Positions 1 to 7,410 are shown, counted from the stretch's first letter. The stretch is 20,000 nt of DNA from an uncultured virus (IMG/VR IMGVR_UViG_3300003375_000022) (IMGVR_UViG_3300003375_000022), one strand, 5' to 3'. A program made the numbers and translations. The notes: a model not told the origin generated them from the letters alone.

Positions 1-552
1 ATCTTCCACTAAATCGGACTGATAAAACAGTCTAAACCATCTACTGTTAGCGAATACACGAGGTTCGACAGCTCTTAATGATTGAAAGGAAAGGGAAACA
101 TCTACTCCTTTGTGCCTTAAATTAACAAGACCACCGACCACTTCTTCCATGTGGGTTATGCTTAATATATAATTATTTGGATCTTCACAGATTAGTCCAA
201 TATTGAAGGTAGAATTCACAAGGTATTCTAATACTTTTTTCTTTTGTTTTATGCCAAGACTCTTTGCGTCTATTACCCTACATTCAACTAAGTTAGAGCC
301 ACACCAAGCAACAACATCTTTTAGTGCTATTTTTTTGGGATTGAAGTTTGGAATTCCATTTCTTTCAAATTGCTCCTTTTTATATTCTCCATTTACATCA
401 TAGACAAGTATTTTACGACCCATTACTTTGCTTTTAAAGTCGTCTGTGATATATGATTTTATGAAGTGCATTTTTTGGTACGTCTTTCCAACACCTTGTC
501 CCCCGATGTCTGGCATCATTCCGCATTCTCTGTAACTAATTTCTTCTTTCAT
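1..552 (-). CDS. P-loop ATPase, FtsK/HerA superfamily, A32/P9-like genome-packaging ATPase candidate (3' end runs off the window)
   Basis: Not in the ORF track. ATG at 552..550, open for 184 codons to position 1: MKEEISYRECGMMPDIGGQGVGKTYQK... Walker A GGQGVGKT at 481..504. Walker B-like IGLICED. Then NLRHKGVDVSLSFQSL, matching the arginine-finger RH plus conserved Q pattern of FtsK/HerA packaging ATPases. Confidence 0.8.
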   Translation of the reverse strand, partial: MKEEISYRECGMMPDIGGQGVGKTYQKMHFIKSYITDDFKSKVMGRKILVYDVNGEYKKEQFERNGIPNFNPKKIALKDVVAWCGSNLVECRVIDAKSLGIKQKKKVLEYLVNSTFNIGLICEDPNNYILSITHMEEVVGGLVNLRHKGVDVSLSFQSLRAVEPRVFANSRWFRLFYQSDLVED

Positions 553-554
553 TT

Positions 555-1445
555 TTATTTATTTATGATTCTCTTCCATATAAACCCACAAGCAAATCCA
601 TTTTTATGTCTCCTTGAATTTCCTAATGTAGCTATATTTATGTTATTTTCTTCGGCAGCTTCTTTATAAGAAGAATACACGTTCAATAGTTTTCCTTCTA
701 ACGAATATTTTTTTAAGCCTATTTTAGTTTTTTTAAATCGACCCTCTGCATAAGCCCTCTTTAAACCATTCGCTCTTTTTTTAACATCTTCTTGGAATTT
801 ATTTGAATCGTAGTAACGCTGCAATGTATTTCTTCTTTTTTCTCTGAATTCTTTTGTTTTCCACTTTTCTTTAGTGGCTTCATGAGCTTTTTTTAACTGA
901 ATTGCGCCCCTTTCTGTTTTAAAAAACTCTTTTAGGTTTTTTGACCTTTTTCTCAAAGCCTCTGGGTGCTCTTTTAAGTATTTTTTAATTCTGTCTGATT
1001 GAGCTTTTCTGTATTCTTTGTTTTTAAATTTTTTAACCATAATTTCGCCATGCCTTTTTTCTACCTCTCTTGCTTTTGGGGTTTCTCTAAACTTCCTTAT
1101 AGCTTCTTTATGGTTGCCCCTGTAATCTTTTGATGTTCTCATTTTAGCAAACGAACCAGCGGCATCGGCAGAAAAGGAAACGTCCATAAAGTTATACCCT
1201 ACTTTTGGGTCGGTAGTTCCTAATTTTTTTATATAGTAAATTTCTTTTTTATCTACCTGTTCTTTTGTTTTGCAATAGCAAAGTATTTCTCTTTTAAAAT
1301 TTTCTCTTCCGTGTTTTCTAAAGGCTCTCTGTATGTAAGTTCCGCTACCCATGTATTTTTCCTTGTTTCCATTGTGCTGTCCAATGTAAATCTTTCCATT
1401 CAAAAGGTTTGTAGTTTTATATACAAAAAACTTTTTCTCTTCCAT
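555..1445 (-). CDS. Free-standing GIY-YIG homing endonuclease (Seg-like) with C-terminal NUMOD1-type HTH
   Basis: N-terminal FVYKTTNLLNGKIYIGQH...YMGSG...GRENFKREIL...E..YI...GYN catalytic module, a basic helical linker, and C-terminal YSLEGKLLNVYSSYKEAAE...GFIWK (NUMOD1-like). Start overlaps the upstream stop (TAATG at 1443..1447). Confidence 0.9.
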   Translation of the reverse strand: MEEKKFFVYKTTNLLNGKIYIGQHNGNKEKYMGSGTYIQRAFRKHGRENFKREILCYCKTKEQVDKKEIYYIKKLGTTDPKVGYNFMDVSFSADAAGSFAKMRTSKDYRGNHKEAIRKFRETPKAREVEKRHGEIMVKKFKNKEYRKAQSDRIKKYLKEHPEALRKRSKNLKEFFKTERGAIQLKKAHEATKEKWKTKEFREKRRNTLQRYYDSNKFQEDVKKRANGLKRAYAEGRFKKTKIGLKKYSLEGKLLNVYSSYKEAAEENNINIATLGNSRRHKNGFACGFIWKRIINK

Positions 1446-2767
1446 TACTCCTTAGTTTCTAAAGCACTTTCGATTATACCTTCATTAATAGTGCCTCCAT
1501 CAAATTTACTCAATTCCTCATCGAGTTCATTAAAACTTTGTTGCTGATAATTCACTGGATTCTCTTTAGTTGTTTCTTTAGCTGTTTCTTTTACCTGAGC
1601 CTCTCTTTCAGCTTGCGCCGAATCCGCGCTTTGTTTTTGAGCCTGCTCGTAATTATTGTGTTCTTCTTGCGTGTTTTCATGTTCAACAACTTCACCCTGC
1701 TTCATTGCCCTCAACTGCATTAGTATAGAATTATTTTGCGCCGTCATTGTCAGCACATCTATAGCCTTCTCGCCAAGCATCTTTGCGCCAAGTGTAAGGA
1801 GTTCTTGCATCGGAGTTGGTGCAATACCTTTCTCCAACATTACATCTGCTAAAATATCAGCTAAATCCTTTTTTTCTTCCGCATCAAAATTCGCTAATGC
1901 GTTTGCACTAAACCTTTGTACTTTAAAAAATTGTTTTACCGTTGCCTGCTGCCCGCTATCTAAACTCAACAATAAAGTTAAGTCCATTTCGTTATTTAAT
2001 TCATACTCCGCAAGTTTGGCTTCCGATATATCTTTTGTTGCATACCAAACTAAACCCTTACCCGCCAACATACAAACACCTTCGACTATGTATTTTGCCC
2101 AGCGCTTTGTAGATTTACGTTTTCTGTCGTTACCCATGTCGTTAAACGCTGGATTAACTGGGTTCGCAACATTTTTATTTCCACCACCGTTTCCGTTTGG
2201 CTGTTGTGTTTTTTGTTGATTATTGCCTAAACCAGCGCCGCTATTACCGCCCCCTGAGTTTCCTGTCGGTTGTGCTTTTGCGCCACCGTTATCCGAACTC
2301 GGAATTTCAAAAGCATCTCCCCAATTAGTAGGTTCGTCAAACGTCGTTTGTTGCGTAGTGCCTTCGGTTTCATTTCCGGGAGCCGTAAACTGATTATCCA
2401 ACACATAATCACGAATGTTTGGGTTCTGCCTGTTTAATGGATTTATAACTTCGTGGTCGTTATCGGTAAATGTTTCTTGCTGAGCGCCGCCAGTATTGTC
2501 AGCGGAACTTGTTTCTTCAACAACACTTGCATTTTCTTCTGCGCTCGTATTTGTGCTTTTTGGCGCGTTATCTTTAACTTCTGTGAACTCTACGTTTTCT
2601 ATGCAATACCTATTGTATAGTGTTTTTAGATCTTCTGAATTTTTTGCTGGTTCAAATGTAAAAGAAGAATCTTCTGCCATTTTTTTTTCAATAACTTCCT
2701 GCAAAGCCTTCACCATCTTCTTTTCGATGTAATTGGTGTTCCCTCTTTTCGAATATACCTTGATCAT
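1445..2767 (-). CDS. Hypothetical protein, 440 aa: acidic/Gly-Asn low-complexity N-terminal half, helical core
   Basis: Long ORF in the minus-strand operon, translationally coupled to the next gene. No family recognised. Confidence 0.75.
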   Translation of the reverse strand: MIKVYSKRGNTNYIEKKMVKALQEVIEKKMAEDSSFTFEPAKNSEDLKTLYNRYCIENVEFTEVKDNAPKSTNTSAEENASVVEETSSADNTGGAQQETFTDNDHEVINPLNRQNPNIRDYVLDNQFTAPGNETEGTTQQTTFDEPTNWGDAFEIPSSDNGGAKAQPTGNSGGGNSGAGLGNNQQKTQQPNGNGGGNKNVANPVNPAFNDMGNDRKRKSTKRWAKYIVEGVCMLAGKGLVWYATKDISEAKLAEYELNNEMDLTLLLSLDSGQQATVKQFFKVQRFSANALANFDAEEKKDLADILADVMLEKGIAPTPMQELLTLGAKMLGEKAIDVLTMTAQNNSILMQLRAMKQGEVVEHENTQEEHNNYEQAQKQSADSAQAEREAQVKETAKETTKENPVNYQQQSFNELDEELSKFDGGTINEGIIESALETKE

Positions 2768-2776
2768 TCTATATAT

Positions 2777-3220
2777 TTATTTTGTTTTTTCTTCTATGAA
2801 TTTTAGCAATTGCGATTTCAAATGTTCGTAAGCTTTTAAAAACTCTGCGTCCACTTTTATTTTAGGATTAGCTCCCTTGTATCTTTTTACGCCGTTGTAT
2901 ATGCTGTTTTGCCAGCTTCTTGAAAATATTCTGTTGGCTATGTGTCTTTGAGAAAGGTTTAAATCTAAATGTAATAAACAAAAACAAACTTCTTTAGCGT
3001 CTTTAATTCTGCCTCTTGAGGTAGCTGTAGTTAATGTCCTTACACTTATGGAATATTTTTCGGAAACGCATTTTAGCACAAAATCAATTTCTTCTTTCTT
3101 TTCGTGCTTGCTATTAATACCCTTGATAAGCATTTTGTTTATTTCCTTTATTGGATATAACTTCAAGCTCTTATGCAAATTCCCCAATAAATTTTTTAAA
3201 TCATCTTGTTTATCGCTCAT
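2777..3220 (-). CDS. DNA-binding protein with DnaA domain IV (Bac_DnaA_C)-like HTH
   Basis: EEIDFVLKCVSEKYSISVRTLTTATSRGRIKDAKEVCFCLLHLDLNLSQRHIANRIFSRSWQNSIYNGVKR follows the DnaA C-terminal domain pattern. No AAA+ domain. Confidence 0.6.
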   Translation of the reverse strand: MSDKQDDLKNLLGNLHKSLKLYPIKEINKMLIKGINSKHEKKEEIDFVLKCVSEKYSISVRTLTTATSRGRIKDAKEVCFCLLHLDLNLSQRHIANRIFSRSWQNSIYNGVKRYKGANPKIKVDAEFLKAYEHLKSQLLKFIEEKTK

Positions 3221-3241
3221 CTTTATAAATTACTCTTTGTG

Positions 3242-3307
3242 CAAACATATATAAAATATTTGACCAACGGAATATTGTTAATAAATTATTAATAAAAGTT
3301 AATTTTG
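3242..3307. promoter_or_regulatory. Divergent Bacteroidota-type primary-sigma promoters
   Basis: TAtgTTTG on the minus strand (3242..3249) before the 147-aa gene, and TAatTTTG on the plus strand (3300..3307) before the 94-aa gene. Both match the Bacteroidota -7 consensus TAnnTTTG. Confidence 0.6.
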
Positions 3308-3327
3308 TATTTCATCAAATAAAAAGT

Positions 3328-3612
3328 ATGAACGACTTCAATAAGAATGATAAGCAAGTATATTTTAACCGAGTTAAGGGTTCTGTATGCGAATTAAATG
3401 AGAGCGATAAATTTTGCTCTATAACACTAAGTGTTGGTCACGAAAATTCAAGGTTTGCAAATTTTGTTTGCAAAAAATCAGAATTTGAAAAATACAAACA
3501 ATTCCTAAACATAGAAGATAAAGTAACTATCCAATTTTATATAGTAAGTAGGTTTAAAGCTGGCAGGTGGTACACCAGTGCTACTATTCTTGATGTTCTA
3601 AAAGAAGTTTAA
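3328..3612 (+). CDS. OB-fold, DUF3127-like putative single-stranded DNA-binding protein
   Basis: The only convincing plus-strand gene. C-terminal DKVTIQFYIVSRFKAGRWYTSA resembles the V.V.F.I.SRE..GRWYT pattern of Bacteroidota DUF3127 proteins. Has its own promoter and an A-rich leader. Confidence 0.6.
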   Translation: MNDFNKNDKQVYFNRVKGSVCELNESDKFCSITLSVGHENSRFANFVCKKSEFEKYKQFLNIEDKVTIQFYIVSRFKAGRWYTSATILDVLKEV

Positions 3613-3639
3613 TTTACTCATTGTTTTTATTTTTAGTAT

Positions 3640-3846
3640 TTATTTACGTTTCTTTTTTAAAATTTCAATTGTTTTCTGAAGGGTGTCTATTTTGTTTTCT
3701 ATCGAATAATTGTATTCGTTGCATTTACTTAACGAAGCTTGCATAGATTCTATTTTTTTGTTTGTATCAAAATACATAACAGCTATTATTAATAAAATTA
3801 AAATTGCTAAAGTGGTGGCTATTGCATCTTTTATAAATTCTTTCAT
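3640..3846 (-). CDS. Small membrane protein with one TM helix and a coiled-coil tail
   Basis: Hydrophobic stretch IATTLAILILLIIAVMYF followed by a heptad-like region. A-rich leader. Confidence 0.6.
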   Translation of the reverse strand: MKEFIKDAIATTLAILILLIIAVMYFDTNKKIESMQASLSKCNEYNYSIENKIDTLQKTIEILKKKRK

Positions 3847-3858
3847 TTTTTGTTTTTT

Positions 3859-4176
3859 TTAAGTGAACTCGTATTGGTCATTGTTGTTTACTATCGTTGT
3901 TCTGAAAGGAAAAGAATCTTCAGGTATATTATCAAGTGTTTTCATTAATAATTTTGCTATAGAAAATGCTACATATTTTGTATTTTCCAAACTTATCTGA
4001 ATGTATAAACACTTATCACTCCCTTTTTCTGGGTATTTAGAATCTTTAATTTCATGAAAATGAACGATTATTTCTTTACCTAAAATTTTCGCTATTCTTA
4101 TTTTTTCTCCAACAAATCTTTTCCCTTCAACTTTTATGCCTAATTCGGAAAATTTTTTAATAGATTGATCTTTCAT
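3859..4176 (-). CDS. Hypothetical protein overlapping the DGR RT gene; candidate DGR accessory factor
   Basis: 105 aa, overlaps the RT 3' end by 20 nt. The sequence looks beta-rich (KKFSELGIK..FVGEKIRIAKILGKEIIVH..FPFRTTI) and unlike the Avd four-helix bundle. Confidence 0.7.
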   Translation of the reverse strand: MKDQSIKKFSELGIKVEGKRFVGEKIRIAKILGKEIIVHFHEIKDSKYPEKGSDKCLYIQISLENTKYVAFSIAKLLMKTLDNIPEDSFPFRTTIVNNNDQYEFT

Positions 4177-5122
4177 ACAATATTTTATTTTTTAAGTTAA
4201 TACAGTTCCCATGTTTAAACCAGCCAAGATAAGAAGCTAACGATTGTTTATTAAACCTATTTTTAACCATTTTTATAAACTCGTCCTTTATGGTTGGTCT
4301 TATCAAGGTATGGGTTTGGAAAAATACATATCCCAAGAAATTAATTCCCCTTGATTCTACTGGGAAAATTTGGTAATTTGGTTTAAGTTCTAATTTAAGG
4401 TTTTCTTTTAAATATGATTTTATATTAGCTAATATTTTGTGTAAAAATTCTTTTGAATCGGAAAGAACTATACAGTCATCGCAATACCTTATGTAATTCA
4501 GCGCACCCTGCTTTTCTTTTACCCAATGATCAAAATATGTGAGGTAAAAATTACCTAATGTTTGACTTGAGTAGTTGCCTATTGGCAATCCAACCGCACT
4601 ATCAACAATGTCGTCAAGTAGCCAAAGTAAATCTGAATCTTTAAACTTTTTTCTTAGCATATGTTTTAATATTTCGTTATCTACGGAAGGGTAGAATTTT
4701 CTTACATCTATTTTCAAACAATACTTAGTTTGTTCTTTATTTTTAAGAATTAATTTTAACTTACGTACGGCGGCATGGACACCTCTTCCTTTTATGCAAC
4801 TATATGTATCCGCGGTAAATGTTTTTGTAAAATAAGGTTCTAAAACATTCATCGCTGCATGTTGAACTATTCTGTCCGGATAGTACGGCAGCTTATACAC
4901 TACTCTTTCTTTTGGATCTTTTATTTTAAATGTAATGTACCTTGAAGTTGTGTATGTTTTGTTTTTAAGTTGTTCGTGTAGCGTTAAAATATTTTCGTTG
5001 CTGTTTTCGTCATACTTTTTTACGCACACTCTTTTTACCTTACCCTTTCTTGCTTTAATTTCGGCAGAAAACAAGTTTTCAACACTTATTATTTCTTGAT
5101 ACAAATTACCTTTTCTTTTCAT
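4157..5122 (-). CDS. Reverse transcriptase of DGR class
   Basis: 321 aa with RT motifs KERVV..LPYYPDRIVQHA, YSCIKGRG, YCLKIDVRKFYPSV, GLPIGNYSSQ (DGR-type GxxxSQ), YIRYCDD and GINFLGY. No maturase or endonuclease domain. Adjacent to a template repeat. Confidence 0.97.
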   Translation of the reverse strand: MKRKGNLYQEIISVENLFSAEIKARKGKVKRVCVKKYDENSNENILTLHEQLKNKTYTTSRYITFKIKDPKERVVYKLPYYPDRIVQHAAMNVLEPYFTKTFTADTYSCIKGRGVHAAVRKLKLILKNKEQTKYCLKIDVRKFYPSVDNEILKHMLRKKFKDSDLLWLLDDIVDSAVGLPIGNYSSQTLGNFYLTYFDHWVKEKQGALNYIRYCDDCIVLSDSKEFLHKILANIKSYLKENLKLELKPNYQIFPVESRGINFLGYVFFQTHTLIRPTIKDEFIKMVKNRFNKQSLASYLGWFKHGNCINLKNKILYERSIY

Positions 5123-5204
5123 TAAACCTTTGCTTTAAAAGTAGTTTTCTTACTAAAATACTAACAACTTTATTCTAATCATTTATTTTTTACCTTGCTG
5201 GTAT

Positions 5205-5333
5205 GGTTTTATGCTGGTATTTTAAACATTTAGCATAGTCGGGAGGCGGAATTCGCATTCGCATTCGAATTGTCGTAATTCGTGTCGTTGAACTCGAATC
5301 CCGAAGAAACCGCCATCTTCACAGCATAAAACC
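5205..5333. repeat. Perfect 12-bp inverted repeat bracketing the TR
   Basis: GGTTTTATGCTG at 5205..5216 and CAGCATAAAACC at 5322..5333. Confidence 0.85.
5233..5310 (-). repeat. DGR template repeat (TR), part of the non-coding template RNA
   Basis: Minus strand: GTT TCT TCG GGA TTC GAG TTC AAC GAC ACG AAT TAC GAC AAT TCG AAT GCG AAT GCG AAT TCC GCC TCC CGA CTA TGC. 78 nt, 20 adenines, six AAY codons. Intergenic and directly upstream of the RT. Confidence 0.95.
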
Positions 5334-5352
5334 TTTTTCATATTTTTTCTTT

Positions 5353-5387
5353 GGATTTCATTGATCTATTGAAGATCAATGAAATCC
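5353..5387. other. 15-bp-stem hairpin/cruciform downstream of VR1, overlapping the target 1 stop codon
   Basis: GGATTTCATTGATCT (5353..5367), 5-nt loop, AGATCAATGAAATCC (5373..5387). Confidence 0.8.
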
Positions 5388-5842
5388 TTATCAACATCGA
5401 TGAATTTCTTCGCGTAATCTATGGCGCACTCTTCATTCGGAAAGCAAAGGCGGGAGGCGGAAACCGCATACGCAGACGAAAAGTCGTAAAACGTGTCGCG
5501 GAACTCGAACCCCGACGAAACCAAGTAGTACGGATACCATCTTCTTTCGTTTCGTTTGGCAACCCAATTTTCCCTATACACTTTTGATATACGCATCTTT
5601 TTTATAAATGCTCTTACAACTTTGTTTTCTGATTCATCAAAATTATCTATATTTACCACATCGTTTTTTTCGTTGTAGTTTCCTATAGATAAAACATCAT
5701 TGTAGTCGTTTATTCTTTCTGTAATTTTTTTATTGAAAAATTCTTTTCCAAAATTTAATTCAAGTATTTGTTTAAACTCCGAAGATGCAGATGGGTACAA
5801 TCTTAGTGCGTCGTGTTCGTTTAATTCTAATTGCTTTTTCAT
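5366..5842 (-). CDS. DGR target protein 1 (158 aa) carrying VR1 near its C terminus
   Basis: Contains VSSGFEFRDTFYDFSSAYAVSASRLCF. The start is better placed at 5842 (MKKQLEL) than at the track's 5920, because the leader AAAAACAGAAAAAATGAAAAA matches that of target 2. Confidence 0.9.
   Translation of the reverse strand: MKKQLELNEHDALRLYPSASSEFKQILELNFGKEFFNKKITERINDYNDVLSIGNYNEKNDVVNIDNFDESENKVVRAFIKKMRISKVYRENWVAKRNERRWYPYYLVSSGFEFRDTFYDFSSAYAVSASRLCFPNEECAIDYAKKFIDVDKDFIDLQ
5444..5521 (-). repeat. DGR variable repeat VR1
   Basis: 78-nt ungapped alignment to the TR with 15 mismatches: 14 at TR adenines and one T>G near the 5' edge. Confidence 0.95.
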
Positions 5843-5880
5843 TTTTTCTGTTTTTAAATATTTAATTATTTTAAAATTCG

Positions 5881-5899
5881 ATTTTTGCTTCGCAAAAAT
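5881..5899 (-). other. 8-bp-stem GAA-triloop hairpin downstream of target 2/VR2
   Basis: Minus strand ATTTTTGC-GAA-GCAAAAAT, about 20 nt after the target 2 stop codon. Confidence 0.7.
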
Positions 5900-5919
5900 T
5901 TGCAGAAGTTTTTCAATCA

Positions 5920-6408
5920 TTACTTCGTAATAAAATTTCTGTACTCATTAGTGAAAGTTTTTCCGGCATATTCTGCGAGTTCTTTGGTTTTGAAGCAAAG
6001 GCGGGAGGCGGAATCCGCACACGCACTCGAAGTGACGCAACGCGCGCCGTCGAACTCGAATCCCGAAGAAACCGAGTACCAAGAATACCATCTATTTTCT
6101 GAACCATCCATTTTAGGAATCCACCCTTCGTTTAATGCTTTAGCCAATAATACACATATCATTTCGTACTTGGAGTGCAGGAGCAGTTCATCACTTCCAT
6201 TATACTTTATTAAAGCTAAAACTTCTTTTGAAGGTTTTGTTATACTTAATACGTCCTTTAGTGTTTTAACCTTGCCTGTAATTGACTTTGGTTTGTTTTT
6301 TAATTTAGCCGCTTCTACTTTAGCGATTAGCGCTTTTTCTTTTTTAACGGCTAATTCTTTTTGTTGTGTAGCTGCTTTTAATTGCTGCTCTAATGTTTGT
6401 TTTTTCAT
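5920..6408 (-). CDS. DGR target protein 2 (162 aa), paralog of target 1 with an N-terminal coiled coil
   Basis: Contains VSSGFEFDGARCVTSSACADSASRLCF. Shares IT..I/V....DVLSI, W......E.RWY..Y and RLCF...E.A..Y with target 1. Confidence 0.92.
   Translation of the reverse strand: MKKQTLEQQLKAATQQKELAVKKEKALIAKVEAAKLKNKPKSITGKVKTLKDVLSITKPSKEVLALIKYNGSDELLLHSKYEMICVLLAKALNEGWIPKMDGSENRWYSWYSVSSGFEFDGARCVTSSACADSASRLCFKTKELAEYAGKTFTNEYRNFITK
5995..6072 (-). repeat. DGR variable repeat VR2
   Basis: 78-nt ungapped alignment to the TR with 14 mismatches, all at TR adenines. Confidence 0.97.
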
Positions 6409-6441
6409 TTTTTCTGTTTTTTAATTTAACTTCTAACTTTT

Positions 6442-6478
6442 TGTTACACAAATGTACTACAACTTTTTGTACCCACAA
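6442..6478 (-). promoter_or_regulatory. Bacteroidota-type promoter driving the DGR operon
   Basis: Minus-strand TTG (6476..6478), 19-nt spacer, TAcaTTTG (6449..6456). The 15-mer TGTTACACAAATGTA (6442..6456) is repeated exactly at 7411..7425. Confidence 0.7.
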
Positions 6479-6507
6479 TGAGGCAATGGAAAAGTTATTA
6501 ACATTTT

Positions 6508-6831
6508 TCAAATCAAACCTTTGTTTCTAAAACCAAGTGAGGTCTGCTTACTTGCAACCCTACCTTCAAGGGTGAGTCCTTGCCCTAATTTGTTTGCCAT
6601 TCTTTGCATGGCTTGTTCGTCTGTTTCGCCATCTTTTACGGCTACCCAAGTTTTTTCGTTGACCTTGACTAATCTTTCTTTTTTGCCAGTAATTTCGGCT
6701 TGCGAGTTGCTCCAATTTCTGTAGCAGATTGTGTCGCAGTAATTGCCTGTTTTAAAACTTATTGAACTATTGCACCAAAGGCAAGTGCTGTGCTTTTTCT
6801 TTTTACTTCCGTTATTATAAAACTTCTTCAT
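6508..6831 (-). CDS. Hypothetical protein with putative Cys4 zinc-binding motif
   Basis: CLWC...YCDTIC in a 107-aa basic ORF overlapping the upstream gene. Confidence 0.6.
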   Translation of the reverse strand: MKKFYNNGSKKKKHSTCLWCNSSISFKTGNYCDTICYRNWSNSQAEITGKKERLVKVNEKTWVAVKDGETDEQAMQRMANKLGQGLTLEGRVASKQTSLGFRNKGLI

Positions 6832-7132
6832 AATCTTTGTTTTTTAAATATTCATTAAGTTTTTCGCGCTTTTGCTCTGCTTCGTATTCGGTGTCATAAA
6901 CTCCATGTAATGGTACAAAATAAAAAAAGTGTTTTTCTTCTACATACCATTTAAAAATGCCTTTTATTTTTGTGCAATTTACGCGGTATGGCGGCATTTT
7001 ATTCATAGACCTTATATAGTCAAATAAAAACCTTCCGGCGGCGTAAACAGCGGCTGAAATCAATATTATAACAACCCACATCAATATTGCGTGGTTATCT
7101 TGTTTTAGTAATTCTATTCTTTTATCTTCCAT
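6815..7132 (-). CDS. Hypothetical membrane-anchored protein
   Basis: Hydrophobic AILMWVVIILISAAVYAAG segment. Overlaps its neighbours in operon fashion. Confidence 0.6.
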   Translation of the reverse strand: MEDKRIELLKQDNHAILMWVVIILISAAVYAAGRFLFDYIRSMNKMPPYRVNCTKIKGIFKWYVEEKHFFYFVPLHGVYDTEYEAEQKREKLNEYLKNKDYEEVL

Positions 7133-7392
7133 AGTTTTTCGGTCTTTTTTGTTAGATCATAAGTTATATTTATTTTATAACTTTCGTTAGCACGCACCCA
7201 TGTTTCATACATCTTAAAAGCACTGCTAAAATAAATGCCAGTAGCTAAATAGAATACACACTGAATCAATGTATCTATATCTGTTTCTAATGAGGATTCT
7301 GGTGTTTTGTTCCATCCGAAATAGCTGTTTGAAATTACCCATATCGCAACACAAACACACCATAAAGTTTTTCCAAGTTTAATTGCTTTCAT
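7114..7392 (-). CDS. Hypothetical membrane protein (two hydrophobic segments)
   Basis: 92 aa; first gene after the 7411..7449 promoter. Confidence 0.6.
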   Translation of the reverse strand: MKAIKLGKTLWCVCVAIWVISNSYFGWNKTPESSLETDIDTLIQCVFYLATGIYFSSAFKMYETWVRANESYKINITYDLTKKTEKLWKIKE

Positions 7393-7410
7393 AATTTATT
7401 CGTTTTTAAA

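Larger units (their letters stand above)
3859..6480 (-). mobile_element. Diversity-generating retroelement cassette: promoter, target 2, target 1, TR, RT, small ORF
   Basis: RT, one template repeat and two variable repeats with adenine-specific mismatches, all co-oriented. Confidence 0.95.

Noticed and set aside
4157..5122. RT as a group II intron, retron or Abi/defence RT
   Set aside because: No maturase or endonuclease domain and no retron VTG motif. The GxxxSQ motif and adenine-specific TR/VR pairs identify a DGR.
5230..5316. Mini-ORF through the TR (MAVSSGFEFNDTNYDNSNANANSASRLC*) as a third target gene
   Set aside because: TRs are naturally open in the VR frame. It is only 28 codons and is the adenine-rich template itself.
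5843..5920. ORF-track N-terminal extension of target 1 (start 5920)
   Set aside because: It spans the post-VR2 hairpin. The ATG at 5842 has the same leader and MKKQ start as target 2.
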